13,549 nucleotides of DNA from Nitrospirales bacterium (GCA_965203295.1 CBDBCZ010000003.1:1-13549), one strand, 5' to 3'; positions 1-8,709 are shown, counted from the first letter of the stretch. A program made the numbers and translations. Notes: generated by a model not told the origin, from the letters alone.

Positions 1-785
<785 letters not shown>

Positions 786-788
786 ATC

Positions 789-1238
789 ATGGCTGCAAGT
801 TCTGAAACAACTCAATCAAGTGGTCGGCTACTCCTTGAGGTCGTGACACCTGAACACTTTCTGCTAAGCCAGAAGGTGGACTATGTCATTGTCCCTGGCA
901 GTGAAGGGGATTTTGGTGTCTTACCCGGTCACTGTCCCTTAGTGTCGACTCTCCGCATCGGTGAACTCCAGTATCGGATCGGTGAACAGACGGAGTTTGT
1001 CCCAATCCTATCGGGTTTTGCGGAAATGACTCCTTCCACGGTAACCATTCTGGCTGATATTGCTGAGAAAGCCGAGGATATCGATATTGATCGAGCCTTA
1101 GCAGCCGTGGCCAAGGCTGAGGAACGGCTGGAAAGGGGCGGCCTTCCCTCGGATGTTGAAGAGGCCAGGGTCAGCTTGGAAAAAGCCCGCCTCAGAAAAA
1201 AAGTTGCCGAACGGCTTCACCAGCATTCCAGATCCTAA
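789..1238 (+). CDS. atpC: F0F1 ATP synthase subunit epsilon
   Basis: LEVVTPE...VPGSEGDFGVLPGH.P motif, AEKAEDIDIDRA helical tail; directly follows atpD. Confidence 0.97.
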   Translation: MAASSETTQSSGRLLLEVVTPEHFLLSQKVDYVIVPGSEGDFGVLPGHCPLVSTLRIGELQYRIGEQTEFVPILSGFAEMTPSTVTILADIAEKAEDIDIDRALAAVAKAEERLERGGLPSDVEEARVSLEKARLRKKVAERLHQHSRS

Positions 1239-1265
1239 ACATTTCTTCCCATCCTTTCTGTTCCC

Positions 1266-2237
1266 ATGCCTCACGTTGAAACGCGAACTGAATTCATTGT
1301 TTCTGCTGGGGAAGGAGTGAAACGCCTCGACCATTTCCTTGCCAACCGAGACCCGCATTTTTCCAGAACTGCGCTGCAGCGATTAATCCTCGATGGGCAC
1401 ATTACCCTTGACGGGGAAATCATCAAACCCAGTCATAGGATCAAACCAGGAGATCGAATTCTTTTGAAGGTCCCCCGGCCTGAGCCAATCGATATTCAGC
1501 CTGAGCCAATTCTGTTAGAGATTTTGTACGAAGATGAGCACCTTTTAGTGATCAATAAACCAGCCGGTCTTGTGGTGCACCCCGCACCTGGGCATTGGTC
1601 CAGAACCCTTGTAAACGCGCTTCTTCACCATATGCAAAACTTCTCCAGCTCCTTGTCGAGCATCGGAGGAAAGGAACGGCCTGGACTTGTTCACCGCTTG
1701 GATAAGGAAACCACGGGGGTTTTGGTCATTGCCAAGGATGACAAAACGCATCGGTCCCTCGCCAACCAATTCAAACGCCATAGTATTACTCGAATGTATG
1801 AAACTCTCGTGTGGGGGAAGCCAAAAACGGGTGAAGGAACCATAGAACTCTCGATTGGTCGGGATACGAGGGACCGGAAAAAAATTTCCACACGGACCAA
1901 CAGACCAAGAGAATCGATCACCACTTTTCGTATGAGAAAACGATTTGGAAAACTCGCGGCTCGAGTTGAGTTATTCCCGGGAACTGGAAGGACCCATCAA
2001 CTTCGTGTTCATCTGTCCTCTATTGGGCATCCGATTCTGGGTGATACCACTTATGGAGGAAAAAAGGTAGCATGGATTGGCGAGATGAAAATTCCCAGAG
2101 TGATGCTTCATGCAAAAACATTAGGCTTCATCCATCCAGTGAAACAAAAAGACATGACCTTTACCGCTCCTCTTCCTCATGATATGGAACATGTCATGAT
2201 TGGGTTGGAAGAATTCACGACAGTTCAAGCGGAGTAA
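1266..2237 (+). CDS. rluD: RluA-family pseudouridine synthase with N-terminal S4 domain (RluD-like)
   Basis: RLDHFL S4 start, INKPAGLVVHPAPGH, catalytic VHRLDKETTG, TGRTHQLRVH, HPILGD.TYG and LHAKTLGFIHP motifs. Confidence 0.92.
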   Translation: MPHVETRTEFIVSAGEGVKRLDHFLANRDPHFSRTALQRLILDGHITLDGEIIKPSHRIKPGDRILLKVPRPEPIDIQPEPILLEILYEDEHLLVINKPAGLVVHPAPGHWSRTLVNALLHHMQNFSSSLSSIGGKERPGLVHRLDKETTGVLVIAKDDKTHRSLANQFKRHSITRMYETLVWGKPKTGEGTIELSIGRDTRDRKKISTRTNRPRESITTFRMRKRFGKLAARVELFPGTGRTHQLRVHLSSIGHPILGDTTYGGKKVAWIGEMKIPRVMLHAKTLGFIHPVKQKDMTFTAPLPHDMEHVMIGLEEFTTVQAE

Positions 2238-2290
2238 CCAAGGATACGTTAGGAATTGAATCTACCAGTCAACTTCTTGCCTGTTAATGA

Positions 2291-2740
2291 ATGATAACAA
2301 TGAGTCATCAAAAAGAAATGGAACCCGGCCAAATACTGGACATCTTTGGGGAACTCATCGCGAGCCTCTCGGCATTTGCTGCCAAGGTTCCGGCTCATTC
2401 ATCGATGGCCATTCCCGGAGGCATTCGGCCGACTCTCGAAGCCATAGAATCGTATGAGGAGATTGTCTATCGATTTCGCGATGGGGCTGGGTTCACGTAT
2501 AAGACCCTGAATTCATACTTCCTGGAATCCCTGGAGGCCTTTGAAGCTGGAAGGGTTTTTCATGTAGTTCCTCCACTCCTTCAGGCAATCGAGCAACTTG
2601 TGGAACTGCATAAGGAAGAAAAAGTGACGTTTACATCTGTTCAGCAGGATAAAATTCGTGATCTTCAACGGCGGTTACAAAAAATTCTTCCAGAAACGAC
2701 TAAACCAGAAGTCGATCTCCCTCCTCCGACAACATATTGA
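2291..2740 (+). CDS. Hypothetical helical protein (start could be 2291, 2300 or 2318)
   Basis: 149-aa open frame with protein-like composition, co-oriented with the upstream operon; no family recognised. Confidence 0.8.
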   Translation: MITMSHQKEMEPGQILDIFGELIASLSAFAAKVPAHSSMAIPGGIRPTLEAIESYEEIVYRFRDGAGFTYKTLNSYFLESLEAFEAGRVFHVVPPLLQAIEQLVELHKEEKVTFTSVQQDKIRDLQRRLQKILPETTKPEVDLPPPTTY

Positions 2741-2845
2741 ATGGACAGATACTTTCCGAAATCATACAAGAACGGCATATATATCCGTGTCAGAAGAGGA
2801 TAGTCAGCAGATCAACGGACTAAAAATCCAAGCCCCAGTATCTGG

Positions 2846-2874
2846 TTGACAACGATTGGGGAAATTGATGAAAT
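2846..2874 (+). promoter_or_regulatory. Probable native tRNA-Arg promoter
   Basis: Perfect TTGACA at 2846-2851, 17-nt spacer, weak -10 TGAAAT at 2869-2874, just upstream of the tRNA 5' fragment starting at 2884. Confidence 0.5.
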
Positions 2875-2881
2875 GACTAAA

Positions 2882-2925
2882 ACGCGCCTGTAGCTCAATG
2901 GATAGAGCATCAGACTTCGGATCTG
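2882..2925 (+). repeat. Left att site: 44-bp direct repeat containing tRNA-Arg nt 1-42 (5' tRNA fragment)
   Basis: ACGCGCCTGTAGCTCAATGGATAGAGCATCAGACTTCGGATCTG is identical to 8209-8252; the sequence diverges immediately afterwards, with no T-arm or acceptor 3' strand. Confidence 0.96.
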
Positions 2926-3000
2926 TTTAGAAGGGATTGCTCAAGTGATTGAATACTTGGGTAATCCTCCCCGTCTTTACTGGATAAAATCAATTTTCAA

Positions 3001-3072
3001 GTTTGCTTCTCTTTGCTTCTTTTCGCCTCAATTCCTTCTCGTTTGTCCGTCATGCTAACACTTATCTAACAC
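3001..3072 (+). promoter_or_regulatory. att arm region: 10-bp phased repeats (putative Xis sites) plus tandem CTAACAC arm-type integrase sites
   Basis: GTTTGCTTCT/CTTTGCTTCT/TTTCGCCTCA/ATTCCTTCTC/GTTTGTCCGT at 3001-3050; AACACTTATCTAACAC at 3057-3072 matches AACACTTTTCTAACAC at 8140-8155 (15/16). Confidence 0.65.
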
Positions 3073-3280
3073 CTGGGGTACTGGTAAAAACTGAGAGGGG
3101 AAGCCTTTGTCGGCAGGCGGGGGGGCTGTTTAGGGAACCCGACGCCTAGCCATGCATACCCCTTTGCCTCAATAAGAACTGTCTGGGCAAGTGGTGGTTC
3201 TGCGAAGGTAAAGGTGGCCGGACTCTGTGTCTGGGTCGTCTGAGTCCCCTAGAGGATTTCAGAAGGTTCCCGTTGAAATG

Positions 3281-3600
3281 TCAGATCGGTTTTACTTCAT
3301 CCGGCGGGATGGTTGCGAGCATGCCTTCATCAGTCACCCCAAGATCCCAAAGAATTTCTTGAGTGACTAGCACAGGAAAAACATAGTATCCCCGTTCGAC
3401 GAGAGGGGCGGTGATGGTGGTCGCAAAGAGTTCCGGAGCGTCGACGGCCGTGGTCTGGTTGAAGTAGGAGCAACAACAATTGACCGCGGATGGTGTTCAA
3501 TAAGTTTCGTATAATAGTCAATACGAGTACCGCAGGCAACGAGGATCGACAGCAAGGCGATTCGCCCGCCAAGAGGGTTTTGAAACGATACCAGCAGACT
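3281..3600 (-). pseudogene. DUF799/GNA1162-family lipoprotein remnant (frameshifted, truncated; 5' end approximate)
   Basis: IALLSILVAC|GTRIDYYTKLIEHHPRSIVVAP (lipobox at 3532-3543), frameshift near 3465, then YFNQTTAVDAPELFATTITAPLVERGYYVFPVLVTQEILWDLGVTDEGMLATIPPDEVKPI*; P.SI.V.P and PL.E.GYYVFPV match my recollection of this family. Confidence 0.75.
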
Positions 3601-3758
3601 CGTTTTACCCGAACCAGCTGGATTGATAAAGTATTTCGGACCAACCACCGGGAAGCGAGCTACGAGACCCCTCGGTTTGGAGATGATCACGTTCTCTGCG
3701 CGACAAATAGGGATCCAGCTGATCTGATTTGTGACTACATTTGGCGTTTTAAGGAGTA

Positions 3759-4832
3759 ATGGTCATGAATACCTTAAGTCCTGATCTTGTGACTTGGTGG
3801 ATAGGATTTCTTCTGGCTACCTTGTTTATTCCCGGAGTGGTTGTGGCTTACTTCTTGTTTCCTGCCCGCACTCGGCTTGCTCAAATGGAGAAAGTCAGCG
3901 AGCGTGCAAAGAATATTATGTCGGAACATTATCAAGATGCTCTTCGACAATACAAAGAAAGCACAGAAAAAATTATTAACGATCGTTATACATTTGGGAA
4001 TTATTGGTTCCCTCTTTTCTTCCTTACCCTTGTGTTAGGAGTTGGATTCTTTTTGCTATTTTCCTCAGCTTATCCACTCTATAAATTCCACACATTAAAT
4101 GAATTATTGCTGGCTATTCCCAATGCTGTCTTCTATGGATTTCTTGGTGGGACTTTCTTTGTCCTTTTCTCTGTGATTAATCGCTACCGATCAGCTGATA
4201 TCTACCCTCAACTAGTACTTGGGTTGGGTTATCAAATTTTGTTCTCGGGGGCTGTGGCGTACTTCGCTGTAAACCTATCTCCAGATATTGTGGATCCTCT
4301 ATTGGCCTTTGGCGTAGGCTTTATCCCTTACAAAGAACTGACCGATTGGGTACGACAAAAAACCCAGACCAAACTAGGAGTGGATGGATCTCAAGGTTCA
4401 TCAGCAGAAATTGTTGGAAGTGATAATTTGTCAGCGCTATAAGGCATGCACCAAGCGCACCGAGAGCGATTGGGAGAAGAAAAACTTCTCACAGTCCAAA
4501 ATCTAGCATTCATGAATCCGTTCTCTCTTTTTCTCAGCACCTCTTACGATATGCCCCTTCTCATAGATTGGATCGATCAAGCGTATCTTCGCTTATACCT
4601 GAACGAGGCGCAGATCAAATCTTTAGCCCCCATCGGAATCCGCTGCGCTATTGAATTGTCCCAAGTTAGTCAATTAGAGGCCAACCATAAAAAAGCCTTG
4701 CTTAAAGCCATTGCTGAAGCACTTGGGAAAAGCGAAGAAGCTGCCAAAAATTTGGTGGAACAAGCAGCTTCAGACCCCTAAGTGGAAAGATTAAACCTCT
4801 TTTGGCAGGAATTTGGAGGGGGAGGGCCTTAA
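3759..4832 (+). pseudogene. Multi-pass membrane protein with soluble C-terminal helix-hairpin-helix/DUF4332-like domain, broken by two in-frame TAA codons
   Basis: ORFs 3759-4442 and 4446-4781 share a frame: DNLSAL*GMHQAHRERL...VQNLA...DWIDQAYL...SDP*VERLNLFWQEFGGGGP*; AAGGAG RBS before the start; about 5 hydrophobic segments. Confidence 0.8.
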
Positions 4833-4869
4833 AGTTGCTGCCTCAATAAGTACGTGGGTGGAGAAGCAT

Positions 4870-4917
4870 GTCGATCAAGATGGGGATGTGATTGACATCC
4901 TGGTTCAACCCCGTCGC
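4870..4917 (+). mobile_element. IS6-family transposase micro-fragment
   Basis: Translates VDQDGDVIDILVQPRR, matching the IS6 DDE-region motif (WRAVDQDGxVxDILVQxRRD). Confidence 0.7.
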
Positions 4918-5032
4918 GCGGTCCGCTGATCATTAACGTCAGGCCGCCAAACAATGGAGAGCAGACGTTAGGTTGGCCCTACTATTTGCCTTACTGATTT
5001 CCGAGAGCATCACACTCAAAAAGGAAAGGATT

Positions 5033-5965
5033 ATGAGATTGGGAGAAATTTGTAAAACAAAACAATCCCCTGCTACTTTTAATCCATTGCAAATTTTCAC
5101 ACTCTTCTTAGTCGTTGGTCTCCTAACAGCCTGCACATCTGCAAGAATTAATCAGTTTAAGCAATTTTCACAAGCGAGCGTAGTGTATTCTAATGCCACT
5201 GATCTTTTAACGAGAGAGGCTGGGGAAGCGGCTATTGATGCAGACTCTGCGATCCTAAAAAAAGTAAGGCCAAGTCTGAACCCATCAGACTTAAAGGTGA
5301 GTATAGTCACCCAGAACGAGTTGCTAAAGGAACGTCTAGAGCTTCTAGCTGACCTACGACGTCATGCATTCATACTAAGAAATTACTTCACCGCCCTAGG
5401 TGTGCTGGCTGAAAGTGATGCCCCCAGCGGAATTGGGAAAGCTACAGAAGGTATTGTCACATCGTTGGGAGAGGTCAATAGCCGAATCAATACCGCAACC
5501 ATCGGCGACCAAAGCGTGAGTGACTTTGTCGGAGATGCAGTCCCAATAGTCGTAGCTCAATTTCAGAGAGCGGCTCTAGAGAAAGAATTAAAATCTAGAG
5601 CCGAAACATTGGAGAGGGAACTAGATTTACAACAGGCAGCCATGGAGGCTTTATCAAAATCCATGAAAACCGATTTAAAAATTGTTCTAGGTCATCAGGA
5701 GAGTGAGGAGATAGTAAGACCCTATGTTTCTTCGGCCAATCCCCTTCCAAACAATTGGACTAAGAGACGTCGAGAATTACTTACATCCACTTGTAACCTT
5801 GCCTCTGTTGAAGCTGCTGCCGACGCTGCAAAAAACTTAAAACTCTCCTTTGTGCCCTGGTAGAAAAAAGATTCCAACTAGGTGATATCCAGCTATTAAT
5901 CCATGACATCAATCAAATCATAAACAATCATAGAAAATGTTAGGGGAGAAGGAACCCAATCCTAG
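5033..5965 (+). pseudogene. All-helical/coiled-coil lipoprotein; open to 5863, probable frameshift(s) in the last ~35 codons
   Basis: RBS AAGGA before ATG 5033, signal peptide with lipobox LTAC (5123-5134). After LSFV a shifted frame continues LVEKRFQLGDIQLLIHDINQII, then IIENVRGEGTQS* ending at 5965 just before the next RBS. Confidence 0.7.
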
Positions 5966-5983
5966 GAAAGGCAGGACAATTTT

Positions 5984-6322
5984 ATGACACCAGGTGAAAT
6001 ACGAAAACAGACCATTGCACAACTATGAAAGATTGTTGCAGCAATGATGTCCCTAGAATGGGACCTCGCCCTAGACGGACAATCAAAAGCGGTTGAAGCC
6101 AAGGCAGCTAAACTCCTGTTAAAAGTTCAAAGAACCAGGCTTCGATTAATGAACGCTGAACTAAAAGATATTCGAGACAAGCTTAAGGCAAATGAAACTG
6201 CTCTTAACCAAGGCACACAATCTCTTCAGGGTGCTCTTGGAAACCTACAGGATGTCCAAAGAGTGCTAGATGCTACGACAGCCTTCGTCCAAATAGCAGC
6301 AAAAATTGCAGCATTTGTATAG
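5984..6322 (+). pseudogene. Small coiled-coil protein with in-frame TGA at codon 15
   Basis: AGGA RBS, ATG 5984: MTPGEIRKQTIAQL*KIVAAMMSLEWD... in frame with ORF 6044-6322; heptad-rich with an amphipathic C-terminus. Confidence 0.72.
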
Positions 6323-6409
6323 GTATTAAGAGTGCCTCAAAACCCGAAAACTGAGCCATGTGTTATCAGATTTTGGTGAGATTTAGATAATCTCAAATGG
6401 AGGCAGCCC

Positions 6410-6678
6410 CTGAGGGCTCCCCACAAAAACCGCTTGTTTCCCAATGGATTCGAGAGTATCTTTTGCGAAATCGCGTACACATGGCATCAGCACCATCTTC
6501 GTGACATGGCTTTATCCGTAAAGGAGGAGATGCCATGCACGCGATGCGATTCTTACATTCCCACCTCAAAAAAACCTGTCCGACTCTCCATGCCAAACGT
6601 TTAGCAGTGCTGCTGAAGGCGGTGGACACCGTCACACGCCCTCACCGGCTGACCCTGACCGCCTTAGGTCGAGCGTTA
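6410..6678 (+). mobile_element. IS4-family (IS10-like) left end and transposase N-terminus, truncated
   Basis: CTGAGGGCTCCCC at 6410 resembles IS10 ends; GGAGGAG RBS, then ATG 6535 MHAMRFLHSHLKKTCPTLHAKRLAVLLKAV...LTLTALGRAL, similar to IS10 transposase (LH..L...CP.LH.KRL...LTLTELGR). Confidence 0.82.
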
Positions 6679-6784
6679 CACCTTTGCCATGGACGTACGC
6701 CACTCCAATATTGCGCTGGGCCAACGCCTCCTCCAGGTTTGCGGCTAGGAGATACCATTTTATGGCTTCTTGATAGTCCTTTGG
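6677..6784 (-). pseudogene. Sel1-like repeat fragment
   Basis: PKDYQEAIKWYLLAANLEEALAQRNIGVAYVHGKGV fits the Sel1 consensus (DY.EA.KWY.LAA.QG.A.AQ.NLG..Y..G.GV). Confidence 0.8.
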
Positions 6785-6797
6785 TTGAGGTGATTGT

Positions 6798-7031
6798 GTG
6801 GTAACAACCATTTCAACCAGAGCGCCGCGTCTTTTCAACTCATCTCAAACACTACTTTCGAGTATAGCTCAAGCGGCAGTTTACACCGGCCTAGCGGTAG
6901 ACACTCTCTACAAGATGGTCAGCCAGCGCCGTATCCCGTACGTCAAGGTGGGGCGGCTGGTAAGGTTTGACATGGCCCTTTTAGACACGTGGATCAAGCA
7001 ACACACCGTGATGCCGATGCCTGAAAAATAA
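6798..7031 (+). CDS. Excisionase-type helix-turn-helix protein (Xis/HTH_17)
   Basis: SIAQAAVYTGLAVDTLYKMVSQRRIPYVKVGRLVRFDMALLDTWI pattern; GAGGTGA RBS at 6787-6793 before GTG; directly upstream of the integrase. Confidence 0.9.
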   Translation: MVTTISTRAPRLFNSSQTLLSSIAQAAVYTGLAVDTLYKMVSQRRIPYVKVGRLVRFDMALLDTWIKQHTVMPMPEK

Positions 7032-7080
7032 GTTGACTACTGTTTCGGTAATCATCCACCAACCACAGAAAGGAGGGACT

Positions 7081-8220
7081 ATGGGACTCACAAAAAGAAA
7101 CGGCAAGTTCTATGTAGAGTTCCGATCTGTCGATGATGACGGAGTCTTAACTCTGCCACCGCGTGGGACAAAAGGGGCGAAAATTAAACGTTGGTGTACC
7201 GGGACAAACAACAAAACTGAAACAAGGCGACAAGAGGCGAAGATTAAAACTGATTTGATGATGGGAAAAATACAGAGTGGCCCTGTCCATGGTCCAGTGA
7301 CTTTTAACGCATTGGAAGAGGCTTACCTTGATTTTCCTGCCATTAAACGGCAGTCTTCGTACAAGTGGAAGGTATCGATTGTCCGAGGCCGATTTATCTC
7401 GTTGTTTGGAAAGAAACTGTTAACAGCTATTTCATCAACCTTGATTGACAAGTTTAGAGAAGAACGAAGGAAAGATCAGGGGTATGGTGGGACGACCCTG
7501 AAAGTGGCAACAATCAACCGTTCTCTTGCCTTGCTCAAACACATGTTTTCTTATGCAATCCGGGAAGAATGGCTAGAGAAGAACCCAGTTAGTCAAATTC
7601 AGTTAGAAAAGGAGAACAATGTTCGGGATCGCGTGTTGGATCCAGAAGAGTTTGATCGTCTTCAAGATAACTCTGCTCCACATTTGCGGGCCATCAATGA
7701 AATAGCCTATCAGACAGGTATGAGACTTGGGGAAATACTTGGCCTCACGTGGGACCGAGTTGATTTTAAGACGAGTTTTATACAACTTCGCGCGGAAGAT
7801 ACCAAAACTGACGATGCCCGGCTTATCCCATTGTCTCCTGAGTTGACGGTTCTCTTAAAGGACCTGTATAAAGTGCGCTACCTACATGAGCCCCATGTGT
7901 TTCTTGTTAAAGGGAACTCAGTAAGCTCGATTAAAACCGCGTTCAATGCGGCGTGTCGTCGAGCAGGAATTGAACGGTTTCGATTCCATGATCTTCGGCA
8001 TACGGCTGTGACGAATATGCGTCGGTCGGGGATCGATCACCTGACCATTATGCAAATTACAGGGCATAAAACTCTGGAGGTGTTTAAGCGGTATAATAGC
8101 TTCCTTGAAGGAGATTTAAAGGAAGCCGCTCGTAGATTGAACACTTTTCTAACACTTGCCCACCAAGCCGCAAATACCTTCTCGCATAACTCATTGATAA
8201 GTCACGATACGCGCCTGTAG
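7081..8220 (+). CDS. Tyrosine recombinase / phage-type integrase, apparently intact
   Basis: GGAGGG RBS before ATG 7081; TGMRLGE (R), TKT (K), FHDLRHT (HxxR), TGHK (H), FKRY (Y); stop TAG at 8218-8220 lies inside the tRNA. Confidence 0.96.
   Translation: MGLTKRNGKFYVEFRSVDDDGVLTLPPRGTKGAKIKRWCTGTNNKTETRRQEAKIKTDLMMGKIQSGPVHGPVTFNALEEAYLDFPAIKRQSSYKWKVSIVRGRFISLFGKKLLTAISSTLIDKFREERRKDQGYGGTTLKVATINRSLALLKHMFSYAIREEWLEKNPVSQIQLEKENNVRDRVLDPEEFDRLQDNSAPHLRAINEIAYQTGMRLGEILGLTWDRVDFKTSFIQLRAEDTKTDDARLIPLSPELTVLLKDLYKVRYLHEPHVFLVKGNSVSSIKTAFNAACRRAGIERFRFHDLRHTAVTNMRRSGIDHLTIMQITGHKTLEVFKRYNSFLEGDLKEAARRLNTFLTLAHQAANTFSHNSLISHDTRL
8187..8199 (-). promoter_or_regulatory. IHF-consensus site next to the right att core
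   Basis: Reverse complement TATCAATGAGTTA matches WATCAANNNNTTR exactly; one-mismatch copies at 2942-2954 (minus) and 8290-8302 (plus). Confidence 0.6.
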
Positions 8221-8286
8221 CTCAATGGATAGAGCATCAGACTTCGGATCTGAGGGTTGGGGGTTCGAGTCCCTCCGGGCGCGCCA
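8211..8286 (+). tRNA. tRNA-Arg (anticodon TCG), 76 nt with encoded CCA
   Basis: Acceptor GCGCCTG/CGGGCGC, D-arm GCTC/GAGC, anticodon arm TCAGA-CTTCGGA-TCTGA, T-arm GGGGG-TTCGAGT-CCCTC. Confidence 0.98.
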
Positions 8287-8339
8287 TAAAGTCAAGCATT
8301 TAGAAGCACTCCCTCAGATACCGGAGACCCAGGTTGCGT

Positions 8340-8519
8340 CTAGGTTGGGTTTTGGCTCTCAAAACCCCCTTCATCTAACCGATTGACCCAGTCACGATTC
8401 CGATTGCGAAACAGGTGGCCGCAGGTGTCCATGGTCACCTGAATGCTGCTATGGCCCATCTGTTCTTGAATGTATTTGAAATGCGCTCCCTGTTCGATCA
8501 ACAAGGAAGTGTAAGTGTG
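8340..8519 (-). pseudogene. C-terminal remnant of a second tyrosine integrase
   Basis: HTYTSLLIEQGAHFKYIQEQMGHSSIQVTMDTCGHLF matches integrase box II; the catalytic Tyr reads Cys and the rest of the gene is absent. Confidence 0.88.
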
Positions 8520-8683
8520 ACACAAGACTACGTTCAAACATACAAGCGGTCCAACTTGGTGAGTGCGGACGGAGACGAAGAGGCTAGAGAGGTTCGGGAC
8601 TATCTTGCTAAAGAAAAGATGACCCCCGTATGGCCGAAGCCTAACGGCTGGCCAGGGAGTGGAGGGCGATATCCGCCAAGTGA
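8517..8683 (+). pseudogene. C-terminal remnant of a Sel1-repeat protein
   Basis: VTQDYVQTYKRSNLVSADGDEEAREVRDYLAKEKMTP, frameshift, then MAEA*RLAREWRAISAK* (typical MTPAQIAEAQRLAREW tail). Confidence 0.78.
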
Positions 8684-8709
8684 ATCTTCCAAGGATTGGT
8701 GTGAGTGAG

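Larger units (their letters stand above)
2882..8252. mobile_element. Integrative genomic island (5327-bp unit) in tRNA-Arg(TCG)
   Basis: Bounded by 44-bp direct repeats; xis and tyrosine integrase abut the right repeat; cargo visibly more AT-rich and full of pseudogenes. Confidence 0.93.

Noticed and set aside
2884..2925. Second functional or split tRNA-Arg
   Set aside because: Lacks T-arm and acceptor 3' strand, has no intron core after it, and is fully explained as an att duplicate.
3001..3072. CRISPR array or iterons
   Set aside because: Units are 7-10 bp, degenerate and without spacers; no cas or rep gene; position fits att arm sites.
3240..3260. CTGAGTCCCCTAGAGGATTT as a second IS10-like end forming a composite transposon
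   Set aside because: Only loose similarity to 6410, same orientation, and no target duplication; not supportable.
3490..3759. 89-aa plus-strand ORF (and minus ORFs 3330-3644, 3367-3690) as real genes
   Set aside because: They overlap the DUF799-like remnant, which has recognisable motifs; as called, these ORFs match no family I recognise.
3759..6322. Stop-codon reassignment or programmed readthrough in island genes
   Set aside because: Both TAA and TGA interrupt frames, frameshifts also occur, and TAA/TGA/TAG end normal genes in the window; decay is the simpler explanation.
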